In this document: in pieces, positions 9,113 to 17,651 of the stretch | Position numbering within the stretch: the stretch's first letter is position 1 | Layout of the letters: each line of letters opens with the position of its first letter | The notes under the pieces: model-generated | What the model was told of the DNA's origin: nothing | Seen by the model: the letters and a program-made list of their open reading frames with translations, nothing else | Databases searched by the model: none | From: Acutalibacteraceae bacterium | GTDB lineage: Bacteria; Bacillota; Clostridia; Oscillospirales; Acutalibacteraceae | Reading direction: 5' to 3' | Assembly: GCA_045643925.1 (NCBI GenBank) | Contig: JAZRFZ010000038.1 | Location: forward strand, 1-45,786 | Length of the DNA stretch: 45,786 nt | Position numbers and translations under genes: made by a program

Positions 9113-10140
9113 CATACTTCATCTGCAATATCAAGAATCAGTCTTTCGGTCTTTTCCCATCCAAGGCAGGGGTCGGTGATTGATTTGCCGTAGATTCCGT
9201 CACCGATTTTCTGGGCACCGTCCTCGATATAGCTTTCAATCATTATGCCTTTAACCAGCTTTTTGATATCATCATTATGATTACGGCTGTACATAATATC
9301 CTTGCAGATACGAATCTGCTCAAGGTATTTCTTGCCGGAGTTTGCATGGTTTGCATCAACAATGCAGGAAGGATTCACAAGACCCGACTTTACATAAAGT
9401 TCACTGAGATTTGCCAAATCCTCGTAGTGGTAATTGGAAATATTGTGTCCATCTCTGTCCACATAACCGCGCAAAATAGCATGAGCATAGGGGTTGCCCT
9501 CACTCTCTACTTCCCATCCGCGGTAAATGAATGTGTGTTTGCTCTGCGCCGCTGTAATGGCGTTCATCATTATGGACAAGTCACCGCTTGTGGGATTCTT
9601 CATACCCACGGGAGTATCAATACCACTTGATGTAAGGCGGTGCTGCTGATTTTCCACAGAACGGGCACCGATTGCATTGTATGAAAGCAAATCGGAAAGG
9701 TAGCGGTAGTTATCGGGATAAAGCATTTCATCCGCACAAGAAAAGCCGTACTCTTTGAGCGCACACATATGCAAATCACGAATAGCAATAATACCATGAA
9801 GCATATCGGGTTTTTCGTTAGGGTCGGGTTGATGTAGCATACCCTTATACCCTGCACCTGTTGTACGGGGCTTGTTTGTATATATACGAGGCACAATAAC
9901 AATCTTGTCCTTAACCTTTTCACGAATTTCTGCAAGACGTGAAATATAGTCAAGCACAGGTTCCTTTGAATCAGCAGAACACGGGCCTATTACAAGCAAG
10001 AGCTTATCAGATTCACCTGTAAAAACGGCTTTGATTTCTGCATCATTTTTTACCTTTTGTTGCGCCATTTCTATGGTAAGGGGTAACTGCTCCTTAATCT
10101 CCATGGGAATGGGCAACTTCCTTTTGAAGTTCATACCCAT
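9112..10140 (-). CDS. aroF: 3-deoxy-7-phosphoheptulonate (DAHP) synthase, class I-alpha-like
   Basis: Matches AroF/G/H motifs: LLVIGPCSA, KPRTTGAGYKGM, IGARSVENQQHR, PVGMKNPTSG, DANHANSGK. Last gene of the aromatic operon. Confidence 0.9.
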   Translation of the reverse strand: MGMNFKRKLPIPMEIKEQLPLTIEMAQQKVKNDAEIKAVFTGESDKLLLVIGPCSADSKEPVLDYISRLAEIREKVKDKIVIVPRIYTNKPRTTGAGYKGMLHQPDPNEKPDMLHGIIAIRDLHMCALKEYGFSCADEMLYPDNYRYLSDLLSYNAIGARSVENQQHRLTSSGIDTPVGMKNPTSGDLSIMMNAITAAQSKHTFIYRGWEVESEGNPYAHAILRGYVDRDGHNISNYHYEDLANLSELYVKSGLVNPSCIVDANHANSGKKYLEQIRICKDIMYSRNHNDDIKKLVKGIMIESYIEDGAQKIGDGIYGKSITDPCLGWEKTERLILDIADEV

Positions 10141-10159
10141 TTTAAAAATCTCCTTTGAA

Positions 10160-11365
10160 TTAAATAATTTTATATTCTATTCCGATTTTTCCGATATGCT
10201 CGAAGAAATCGGGATAACTTTTATTCACACACTCGGCACCTTCCAAAGTACCGCCCGTCACACTGCACAGCAAGGCAAAGCTCATTGCAATACGGTGGTC
10301 ATTGTGACAATCTATGTTCTCACAAGGCACTTTAAGGTCACACTTGGGAACAACTATACAATCGTCACCCAACTGAATATTCACACCAAACTTTTTAAGC
10401 TCCTGCGCCATAACAAATCCCCTGTCGCTCTCCTTGATTTTCAAGCGATTGGTCCCTGTTAGGGTTGCACCGTTTTTGAGAACGGCACAAGCGATCAGAA
10501 CAGGACCTAAATCGGGGCATTGGCTTATATCAAGCTTGGGTGTACCTTTACACAACAGCTCAAAATACTCCTTATAAATCATATCACCCTGTTTACTGCA
10601 AGAGTTCATTTTTCCGAGAGTGACTTCACCACCTATAAGGTTAAAACCGTCAAGGAAAGCAGCGTTTGACCAGTCACCTTCACAGACCGCATTACAGTGT
10701 TTGTACGCTTGACTGCCTTTTACAAAAAAGCCTGTGGAATTCTTTATAATATTAACACCGAAGCGTGAAAGCACATCAATGGTTATATCCACATAAGGTG
10801 CGCTTTGCAGGGGTGTTGTGAGTCGAATTTCGCTATCACCCTCGAGCAGAGGTAAAGCAAAAAGTAAACCTGTTATAAACTGACTGCTCACATCACCTGC
10901 GACCTCATATATTCCGCTGTGAAGCTCACCTTTTATAGTCAGGTTATCCTCTGTTTTTTTAATGGAACAACCCTTTGTTGCAAAAAGCTCCTCATAAACC
11001 GTCTGGGGACGCTCCATAAGTCTTCCCTTACCGCTAAACATTGTCTCCTTGGAGAAAACAAGGCTTAATGGAATAAGAAACCGCAAGGTGCTTCCGCTTT
11101 CGTTACAAAAAAGGCTTAGTCGTTCTTTTCTTTCTTGGGAGTATATACCTTTAACAATGGCTGTTGTGCCATCTATTGTAACTTGTGCACCCATATTTTT
11201 GAGGCAATCTGCCGTGGCGAGAATATCGTCATTTGTGCCAATATTTTCAATAACACTTTCCCCGTCCGAAAGGGCGGCACAGACAAGAAGTCTGTGAGCA
11301 TAGCTTTTGGATGGTGGTGGTGTTACAGAGCCTTTGGCAACAGAAGGTGTAAGCTTTACGTTCAT
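10160..11365 (-). CDS. aroA: 3-phosphoshikimate 1-carboxyvinyltransferase (EPSP synthase)
   Basis: PPSKSYAHRLL N-terminal motif, LFCNESGSTLRF, and DHRIAMSFALL near the C-terminus. The start overlaps the aroQ stop by 4 nt (ATGA). Confidence 0.93.
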   Translation of the reverse strand: MNVKLTPSVAKGSVTPPPSKSYAHRLLVCAALSDGESVIENIGTNDDILATADCLKNMGAQVTIDGTTAIVKGIYSQERKERLSLFCNESGSTLRFLIPLSLVFSKETMFSGKGRLMERPQTVYEELFATKGCSIKKTEDNLTIKGELHSGIYEVAGDVSSQFITGLLFALPLLEGDSEIRLTTPLQSAPYVDITIDVLSRFGVNIIKNSTGFFVKGSQAYKHCNAVCEGDWSNAAFLDGFNLIGGEVTLGKMNSCSKQGDMIYKEYFELLCKGTPKLDISQCPDLGPVLIACAVLKNGATLTGTNRLKIKESDRGFVMAQELKKFGVNIQLGDDCIVVPKCDLKVPCENIDCHNDHRIAMSFALLCSVTGGTLEGAECVNKSYPDFFEHIGKIGIEYKII

Positions 11366-11799
11366 TCTGTCACCTTCTCAATAATACTGTCAATGGCACG
11401 AAGATAGCCTTCTGTTCCCTGACCGCTTATTGTTTTGAAGCAGGCTTGTCTGATATAACTCACCTTTCTGAATTCCTCACGGGAGTCAACATCGGAGATG
11501 TGCACCTCAACAGTGGGGATTCCAACTGCTTTCACCGCATCAAGGATTGCAATGCTTGTGTGAGTATATGCACCGGGGTTTATAACGATGCCCTGAAATC
11601 TGCCGTAGGCAAACTGAATGGCATCCACCAAATCGCCCTCGTGGTTTGACTGATAGCAGTTCACACAAACGCCCTTTTCACGGGCATATTTTTCAATCTT
11701 TTCAACAAGAGAGTTGTAGGTTTCTCTGCCGTAGATATCGGGCTCACGAATGCCCAGCATATTAAGATTTGGTCCGTTAATTACAAGTATATCCGTAAT
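11362..11799 (-). CDS. aroQ: Type II 3-dehydroquinate dehydratase; start codon non-canonical or unresolved
   Basis: Motifs LGIREPDIYG, QSNHEGDLVDAI, INPGAYTHTS, EVHISD. The first ATG (11760) would remove the conserved ILVINGPNLN strand, which is encoded in frame just upstream. ATT at 11797-11799 has a GAGG SD 6 nt upstream. Confidence 0.85.
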   Translation of the reverse strand: MTDILVINGPNLNMLGIREPDIYGRETYNSLVEKIEKYAREKGVCVNCYQSNHEGDLVDAIQFAYGRFQGIVINPGAYTHTSIAILDAVKAVGIPTVEVHISDVDSREEFRKVSYIRQACFKTISGQGTEGYLRAIDSIIEKVTE

Positions 11800-13027
11800 A
11801 ATCCGCCTCGATTCTTCTTACTACTTCATCAACCGTGCCCGAGCCGTCAACAATAACATCTGCACAGGCGGTATATATTGAGTAGCGATCATTATACCTT
11901 TTTTCAAGGTCACCCTTGTTACTTGACAAGGGTCTGTCATCGGTTGTAACAAGCAACTCCAAGGGTCTGTCTATAAAATAAACTCTGCCGTTTTCTTTTA
12001 AAATATCAATATTGCTTTCATCCAATACAACACCGCCACCTGTGGCAATAACTGTTGCAGTAGATTTCCCTATATCAAACACGGCTTCGCGTTCTTTCTG
12101 ACGAAAGATTTCCTCGCCATCCTCTTGGAATATTTGAGGAATTTCTCTGCCGTCACGAGAAACTATTTCCTCATCGGTATCAACAAATGATTTATTTAAT
12201 CTCTCTGCGATTTTTTTACCTACGGTGGATTTGCCACAGGAAGGCATACCCACAAGGACAATGTTCATTTTTGATTTATACAAATCACTGAATATCTTTT
12301 CAACTGCACCATTATCAACAGGCGCGTTTATAAACTTCTCAACCGCATAAGCCGCCTGAGAAACAAGCATATAAAGTCCGCCTGTTGCAGTTATACCCCT
12401 ACTCCTTGCGTCATACACAAGCTTTGACACAAGGGGGTTATATACTGCATCGAACACAGCAGAGAGGTTTTTAAATCGCGCAACATCAACAGCAGCTAAC
12501 CCTATATTCGGATACATACCGCAAGGCGTTGTGTTTATAATAACATCGATCCTATCTGCCATTTCATACAGTTCATAATATGAGATATAGCCCTCATCGG
12601 GTGTACGGGAAACTCTGACAACGGCAGAAGCCCCCATTGAATTTGCGACGGCAAAGGCAGTATTTGAAGTACCACCACTACCTAAAACCGCAACACATTT
12701 ATCTTTAAGACTTACTTTCTGTCTTTCTATAAGTGACTTGAGTCCGTAAAAGTCTGTGTTATAGCCATACAGCTTGCCGTCAACATTTACGATTGTATTG
12801 ACCGCATTTATAGCCTTTGCCTCAGGTGAAATCCATTCCAGGTAAGGTATAACATCTTTTTTATATGGTATAGTGACATTTATTGCCTTAAAATCACGGG
12901 ACTCCATAAACTGTGGCAACTGCTCGGGTGTTAATTCCTTGATGCAGTAGTCATAGTCGGCAAGTGCGTTGTGAATTTCCTTCGAAAAACTGTGAGTAAG
13001 ATGCTCACCTATACAACCGTAATCCAT
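11777..13027 (-). CDS. aroE/aroK: Bifunctional shikimate dehydrogenase / shikimate kinase fusion
   Basis: The N-terminal 250 aa or so are AroE-like (NVTIPYKKDV, GYNTDFYG, VLGSGGTSNTA). The C-terminal 165 aa or so are AroK-like (NIVLVGMPSCGKSTVGK Walker A, ATGGGVV). Confidence 0.9.
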   Translation of the reverse strand: MDYGCIGEHLTHSFSKEIHNALADYDYCIKELTPEQLPQFMESRDFKAINVTIPYKKDVIPYLEWISPEAKAINAVNTIVNVDGKLYGYNTDFYGLKSLIERQKVSLKDKCVAVLGSGGTSNTAFAVANSMGASAVVRVSRTPDEGYISYYELYEMADRIDVIINTTPCGMYPNIGLAAVDVARFKNLSAVFDAVYNPLVSKLVYDARSRGITATGGLYMLVSQAAYAVEKFINAPVDNGAVEKIFSDLYKSKMNIVLVGMPSCGKSTVGKKIAERLNKSFVDTDEEIVSRDGREIPQIFQEDGEEIFRQKEREAVFDIGKSTATVIATGGGVVLDESNIDILKENGRVYFIDRPLELLVTTDDRPLSSNKGDLEKRYNDRYSIYTACADVIVDGSGTVDEVVRRIEADYYGYTCN

Positions 13028-14121
13028 TACTTTTCACCAAGCCAATCGGTGCCGAATTTCTGCGACAGTAAATCACAAATCACAAGGGCAGTTATACTAT
13101 CTACAACCACTCTTGCCCTGTGAACAATACAAGGGTCGTGTCTGCCCTGTGTGGCAAGTACGGTATTCTCACCCTTTACAAAGTCAACTGTGTTCTGCTC
13201 CTTGGAAATGGAGGGAGTGGGCTTCACCGCACAATTAAAGATAACAGGCATACCGTTTGAGATACCTCCATTTATACCGCCATTGTTATTGGTGGCACTT
13301 TTCACAACACCGTTATCAAAATAATATTCGTCGTTCATTTCACTTCCCATAAGCTCGGCACAACCGAAGCCAATGCCAAATTCAACACCCTTGACACCGG
13401 GAATGGAGAAAAGACCGTGAGAAAGTACACCTTCAAGGGAGTCAAACCAAGGTTCACCAACACCAACAGGCAAGCCTGTAACTGCAGTTTGAAGAATACC
13501 GCCTACACTGTCCCCCTCTGCGGCAGCAGATTGAATTTTTTCAATCATCCTATCCCCTGCACAGTCATCTATAACAGAAAAAGTTTTTGTGGAAATATCC
13601 TTTATCTCTTTTTCAACATCTTTAAATTCAACGTCACTTACACCTGCACAACTGAGGATATGTGTACCGATGAATATATTTTTCTTCTTAAGCAAATCGA
13701 TGGCAATAGCGCCTGCAGCAACAAGACCTGCAGTAACTCTACCACTAAAATGACCGCCACCGCGATAATCCTCACATCCGTTATACTTTGAAAATGCGGC
13801 GAAATCTGCGTGACCCGGTCTTGCCTTGCCATAATTAACCGAATAGTCCTTGGAATGAGTGTCCTCATTAGGAATCAATATGCAAAGTGGTGTGCCTGTT
13901 GTTTTGCCGTTAAACAGACCGCTTACTATACTGAAAGCGTCCTTTTCAGAGCGTGAAGTTGAAATCTTACCAACAGGACGACGAAGTGTAAGCTGAGATG
14001 CAACAAACTCCTCACTAACCTCAACACCGGCAGGAAGTCCGTCAACTACTGCGCCGATTGACTCGCCGTGGCTTTCCCCGAAAAGAGTTACGCTCACATT
14101 ATTACCGAAGGTGTTTTTCAT
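13027..14121 (-). CDS. aroC: Chorismate synthase
   Basis: FGESHGESIGAVVDGLPAG N-terminus, RPGHADF, GGGHFSGR, QGRHDPC motifs. Its stop overlaps the aroE/K start (TAATG). Confidence 0.95.
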   Translation of the reverse strand: MKNTFGNNVSVTLFGESHGESIGAVVDGLPAGVEVSEEFVASQLTLRRPVGKISTSRSEKDAFSIVSGLFNGKTTGTPLCILIPNEDTHSKDYSVNYGKARPGHADFAAFSKYNGCEDYRGGGHFSGRVTAGLVAAGAIAIDLLKKKNIFIGTHILSCAGVSDVEFKDVEKEIKDISTKTFSVIDDCAGDRMIEKIQSAAAEGDSVGGILQTAVTGLPVGVGEPWFDSLEGVLSHGLFSIPGVKGVEFGIGFGCAELMGSEMNDEYYFDNGVVKSATNNNGGINGGISNGMPVIFNCAVKPTPSISKEQNTVDFVKGENTVLATQGRHDPCIVHRARVVVDSITALVICDLLSQKFGTDWLGEK

Positions 14122-15131
14122 TTAAGGTATGCCCCCTTTACAACTTCATCCAACTGATTATAATCCAAAAACCTGAACTCAAACGAGCCGATTTCATTTA
14201 CATAAACTACATTCACACCGTTACCGACACTCTTTTTATCGTGTCTGAGTGCTTCAAGAACTGTATCACCTGCAAAATCGAGCTCCGTAGGTAAGCCATA
14301 TTTTTCAAGAACGGATACCAATCGCTCTCTCACTGCAGGTGAAGAAAATGCTAACATACCCAGGGCAACACACTCACCGTGAAGGTAATCACCAAGTCCT
14401 GTTGCTGTTTCGATAGCATGGGCGGCGGTGTGACCGAAATTGAGCACCTTGCGGAGTCCTTGCTCCTTTTCGTCTGCTTCGACAACAGATTTTTTGATTC
14501 TCAAAGAGCCCTCAATTACTTTATCAATATTTTCATAAGCATTATTCTGTTCAATAAATTCGAACAAATCTTTATCTGATGTTGCCGCCATTTTGATGCT
14601 TTCGGCAAGACCGTTATTTATCTGCCTTTTGGGTAAGGTTTTTAAAACATCCGGGTCAATAATTACTGCCTTTGGCGGATAAAATGCACCCACGATATTC
14701 TTATATCCCGAAAAATCAATGGCAGTTTTACCACCGATTGAGGAGTCCACCTGTGAAAGCACAGTTGTGGGAATATTTATGAAATCAATACCCCTCATAT
14801 AAGTGGCGGCACAGAAGCCTGACAAATCACCAACAACGCCACCACCAACAGCAACAACACAATCTGCGCGTGAAAATCCATTTTCACAAAGTGTTTCAAG
14901 GAGTTCTTTATACACGTCAAAGCATTTGCTTTTTTCACCCTGCGGAATAACCTTGATAACACTACAAGCAAATTGCGACGAAACAGTTTCGGCATATTCA
15001 TAAGGCACACCGCTATCGGTTACAACGAGAGCCTTTTTAGTTGTATCACAAAATTCCGCAACACGACTGAGTGCACCGCGTTCAAGAATTATATTGTAAT
15101 TATCCGATTGAGTTTTAACATTCAGAATCAT
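14118..15131 (-). CDS. aroB: 3-dehydroquinate synthase
   Basis: VAVGGGVVGDLSGFCAATYMRGI, IPTTVLSQVDSSIGGKT and LNFGHTAAHAIE motifs. Overlaps aroC by 4 nt. Confidence 0.93.
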   Translation of the reverse strand: MILNVKTQSDNYNIILERGALSRVAEFCDTTKKALVVTDSGVPYEYAETVSSQFACSVIKVIPQGEKSKCFDVYKELLETLCENGFSRADCVVAVGGGVVGDLSGFCAATYMRGIDFINIPTTVLSQVDSSIGGKTAIDFSGYKNIVGAFYPPKAVIIDPDVLKTLPKRQINNGLAESIKMAATSDKDLFEFIEQNNAYENIDKVIEGSLRIKKSVVEADEKEQGLRKVLNFGHTAAHAIETATGLGDYLHGECVALGMLAFSSPAVRERLVSVLEKYGLPTELDFAGDTVLEALRHDKKSVGNGVNVVYVNEIGSFEFRFLDYNQLDEVVKGAYLK

Positions 15132-15172
15132 ACTGTTGACGAAACCGTCTGCCTCCTTAGAAAAAACTGTTA

Positions 15173-16261
15173 TTATTTGGCGTACTTACCTACCACGCGT
15201 ACGTTGGTACAAACCTTTGAAAGCTTATCAACCATTTTTTGCTCGTCCTCGGGTGTGAGGTGACCCTCACCTTCAAGAAAGAAGTAGTAATTCCATATAA
15301 CATCCTTTGATGGTCTGCTTTTAAGCGCTTTAAGGTTATATCCACACTCACCAAAAACAGAAACTGCTTTGCTTAGTGAACCTGCTTCGTCACGTACGGT
15401 AAAGAGAATTATAAAATTGTTCTGGTCGTCGGAGTAATCGCGAGGAACACGTGAGAAAACTGCAAAACGAGTAGTATTGGTACTATCCTTGTTTATCTTG
15501 CGATCAATAAGCTTGAGACCATACTCATTACCTGCTTCAAGTGAACAGATAACACCCAATGAGCTATCACCACTGTCACGAACAATCTGAGCTGCAACCG
15601 CGGTATTAACCGCTTCCTTGGTTTCATAGCCCTCTTCCTCAATGAATTCGGCACACTGTCCGAGAGCTTGAGGATGACTGATTACTCTCTTTATTGTTTT
15701 ATGGTCGGCATCAGGTGTGCCGAAAAGATGTTGCTCGATAGTCATATCGTAAACACCATTGATGTAAAGTGAACCAAAATAAGTCAAATCCATCACTCTG
15801 GCAACATCGCCCTCATAACTGTTCTCAATAGGCAATACCGCTATTTCACATTCTCCGGTTTCCACGGATTTGTAAGCGGCTTTGAAGTCCTGACAAGGAA
15901 CAGGAACGCAGTCAAGGAAAAATTTTTTCACAGCAAGTTCTGCAAAAGCACCTTTCACTCCGGAAAAAGCAACACGGGTGCCGTCAATAAGCCTGTGCTG
16001 ATAATCCTTGGAAAGTTTCATAGTATTCTTAAGAAAGCTGACGTAATAAGAGCGTATCTCATCATTACCGATAAGTCCGCTGTTTGCCTCGATAAGTTGA
16101 GACTCACGAACAGAATCCTCAACAGGGATTCCGTTCACTCTTTTGTACTCAGCAACATCCTCCACAGCTTTCATTCTTTTCTCGAACAGTGCGGCTATTT
16201 CTTTGTCTATTTCACCGATGGTCTTTCGTGCCTCGTGAAATTTTTCTGTATAATCAATCAT
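15173..16261 (-). CDS. pheA: Bifunctional chorismate mutase / prephenate dehydratase (P-protein)
   Basis: N-terminal AroQ-class chorismate mutase helix bundle (IDKEIAALFEKRMKAVEDVAEYK). This is followed by a PDT domain (VAFSGVKGAFAE, TRFAVF) and a C-terminal ACT domain (GSLSKAVSVFGECGYNL). Confidence 0.9.
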   Translation of the reverse strand: MIDYTEKFHEARKTIGEIDKEIAALFEKRMKAVEDVAEYKRVNGIPVEDSVRESQLIEANSGLIGNDEIRSYYVSFLKNTMKLSKDYQHRLIDGTRVAFSGVKGAFAELAVKKFFLDCVPVPCQDFKAAYKSVETGECEIAVLPIENSYEGDVARVMDLTYFGSLYINGVYDMTIEQHLFGTPDADHKTIKRVISHPQALGQCAEFIEEEGYETKEAVNTAVAAQIVRDSGDSSLGVICSLEAGNEYGLKLIDRKINKDSTNTTRFAVFSRVPRDYSDDQNNFIILFTVRDEAGSLSKAVSVFGECGYNLKALKSRPSKDVIWNYYFFLEGEGHLTPEDEQKMVDKLSKVCTNVRVVGKYAK

Positions 16262-17445
16262 TTCTGATAATCCTCATAAAGTGCTTTGAATGCAGGAAGT
16301 GAGCGTTCAATAAGTGATGTATCAACACAGTAAGAAATTCTCACAAAACCGGGCACACCAAAGCTATCGCTTGGTACTATAAGTAAATCGAATTTCTTAG
16401 CGCGTTCATAGAAAGCGTTTGCATCCTCTTCAAGAGACTTTACAAACATATAGAATGCACCGTCGGGCTTAATAACTGTATATCCAATATCAGTAAGTGC
16501 ATCATAAAGAAGGTTCCTGTTCTTCTCATAAATTGAAACATCTGCTGTATCATTAAGACACTGTGCGATTGTGTACTGCATAAGGCTTGGTGCACAAACA
16601 TAGCCGAGTGCTCTGCCCGAACCGCAGATTGCAGCAAAAACATCACCACTATCCTTCACAGTAGGTGCAACAAATATGTAACCAATACGCTCACCGGGAA
16701 GTGAAAGTGCCTTACTGTATGAATAGCAAACAATGGAATTGTCATAGTGACAAGGAATATATGCTACCTTCTCCCCTGTGAAAACAAGCTCTCTGTAAGG
16801 CTCGTCAGAAATAAGGAAAATTTCTTTACCATATTCAGCCTGCTTTTTATTAAGCAAATCACAAAGCTTAACAATATCACTTTCGGGAACTATTACACCT
16901 GAAGGATTATTGGGTGAGTTGATAATTACTGCCTTTGTATTTGGTGTGATTGCTTTCTCAATAGCATCAAAATCAAGCTGTAAATCCTCTGTTTTGTTAC
17001 TTACAACAACAAGCTTTGCACCCGCCTGTTCAACAAAAACTCTGTATTCGGGGAAGAATGGTGCAAATGCGATAACCTCGTCACCATCCTCAACAATAGC
17101 ATTGAGAGTGATTGTAAGTGACGCCGCTGCACCGCAGGTCATATATATATTAGAAAAAGCGGCATCCACACCGAATTTTGATTTAATGTTCTCGGCAATG
17201 GCGGTACGCACCTTGACATCACCGGGAGCAGAGGTATAACCGTGAAGCACCTCGGCAGGTGTTTCGTCAATAAGCTTTTTCATAACCTCTGTTACCTTTT
17301 CGGGTGCAGGAACACTAGGGTTGCCAAGGCTGAAATCATATACATTCTCTGCACCGATTTCTGCCTTGCGTTTAAGGCCGTACTCAAAAATCTCACGGAT
17401 AACAGAACTTTTTTTACCTAACTCAAGCATTTTGGATGAAATCAT
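16258..17445 (-). CDS. Class I/II PLP-dependent aminotransferase (probable aromatic / aspartate aminotransferase)
   Basis: Fold-type I aminotransferase motifs (LGNPSVPAP, INSPNNPSG, SYSKALSLPGERIGY with the PLP lysine). First gene of the aromatic operon; overlaps pheA by 4 nt. Confidence 0.85.
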   Translation of the reverse strand: MISSKMLELGKKSSVIREIFEYGLKRKAEIGAENVYDFSLGNPSVPAPEKVTEVMKKLIDETPAEVLHGYTSAPGDVKVRTAIAENIKSKFGVDAAFSNIYMTCGAAASLTITLNAIVEDGDEVIAFAPFFPEYRVFVEQAGAKLVVVSNKTEDLQLDFDAIEKAITPNTKAVIINSPNNPSGVIVPESDIVKLCDLLNKKQAEYGKEIFLISDEPYRELVFTGEKVAYIPCHYDNSIVCYSYSKALSLPGERIGYIFVAPTVKDSGDVFAAICGSGRALGYVCAPSLMQYTIAQCLNDTADVSIYEKNRNLLYDALTDIGYTVIKPDGAFYMFVKSLEEDANAFYERAKKFDLLIVPSDSFGVPGFVRISYCVDTSLIERSLPAFKALYEDYQK

Positions 17446-17460
17446 AAATAAACTCCTTAT

Positions 17461-17521
17461 TTTTTAAAAATAAAAGTCCGCAAACCGTTACACTAAATAA
17501 AAGCATAGCAGAATGCGGACT
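17461..17521 (-). terminator. Leader terminator (attenuator) upstream of the aromatic operon
   Basis: Minus strand AGUCCGCA (17514-17521) pairs with UGCGGACU (17475-17482). Three further base pairs follow after a 2x2 internal loop. The stem is followed by UUUUAUUUUU and ends about 15 nt before the aminotransferase SD. Confidence 0.65.
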
Positions 17522-17545
17522 GACTATTTACACTAACGAATGCAA

Positions 17546-17620
17546 TTACTTGCACTGACGAAAGGCACACAGACAATCCGTTTTACAATAATAAAATCGA
17601 TAACTGAAATTTGTAAACAT
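17546..17620 (-). CDS. Candidate 24-codon Phe/Tyr-rich leader peptide
   Basis: AAGGTG SD 6 nt upstream of the ATG. Translation is MFTNFSYRFYYCKTDCLCAFRQCK, with 7 of 24 residues Phe or Tyr. It lies between the promoter and the leader terminator. Confidence 0.45.
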   Translation of the reverse strand: MFTNFSYRFYYCKTDCLCAFRQCK

Positions 17621-17651
17621 CTGTATCACCTTTCTCAAAAATTATGTTTCA

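Noticed and set aside
17546-17620. The Cys-rich 24-aa peptide (4 Cys) read as a RiPP or bacteriocin precursor, or as a signalling peptide.
   Set aside because: No modification enzyme, transporter or immunity gene is nearby. Its position between a promoter and a terminator directly upstream of biosynthetic genes fits a regulatory leader far better.
17446-17651. A T-box riboswitch or TRAP-binding leader upstream of the aromatic operon.
   Set aside because: The length is compatible. However, I found no T-box consensus (AANNNGGGUGGUACCGCG-like) and no series of 9-11 spaced GAG/UAG triplets. An Rfam scan is still needed to be certain.
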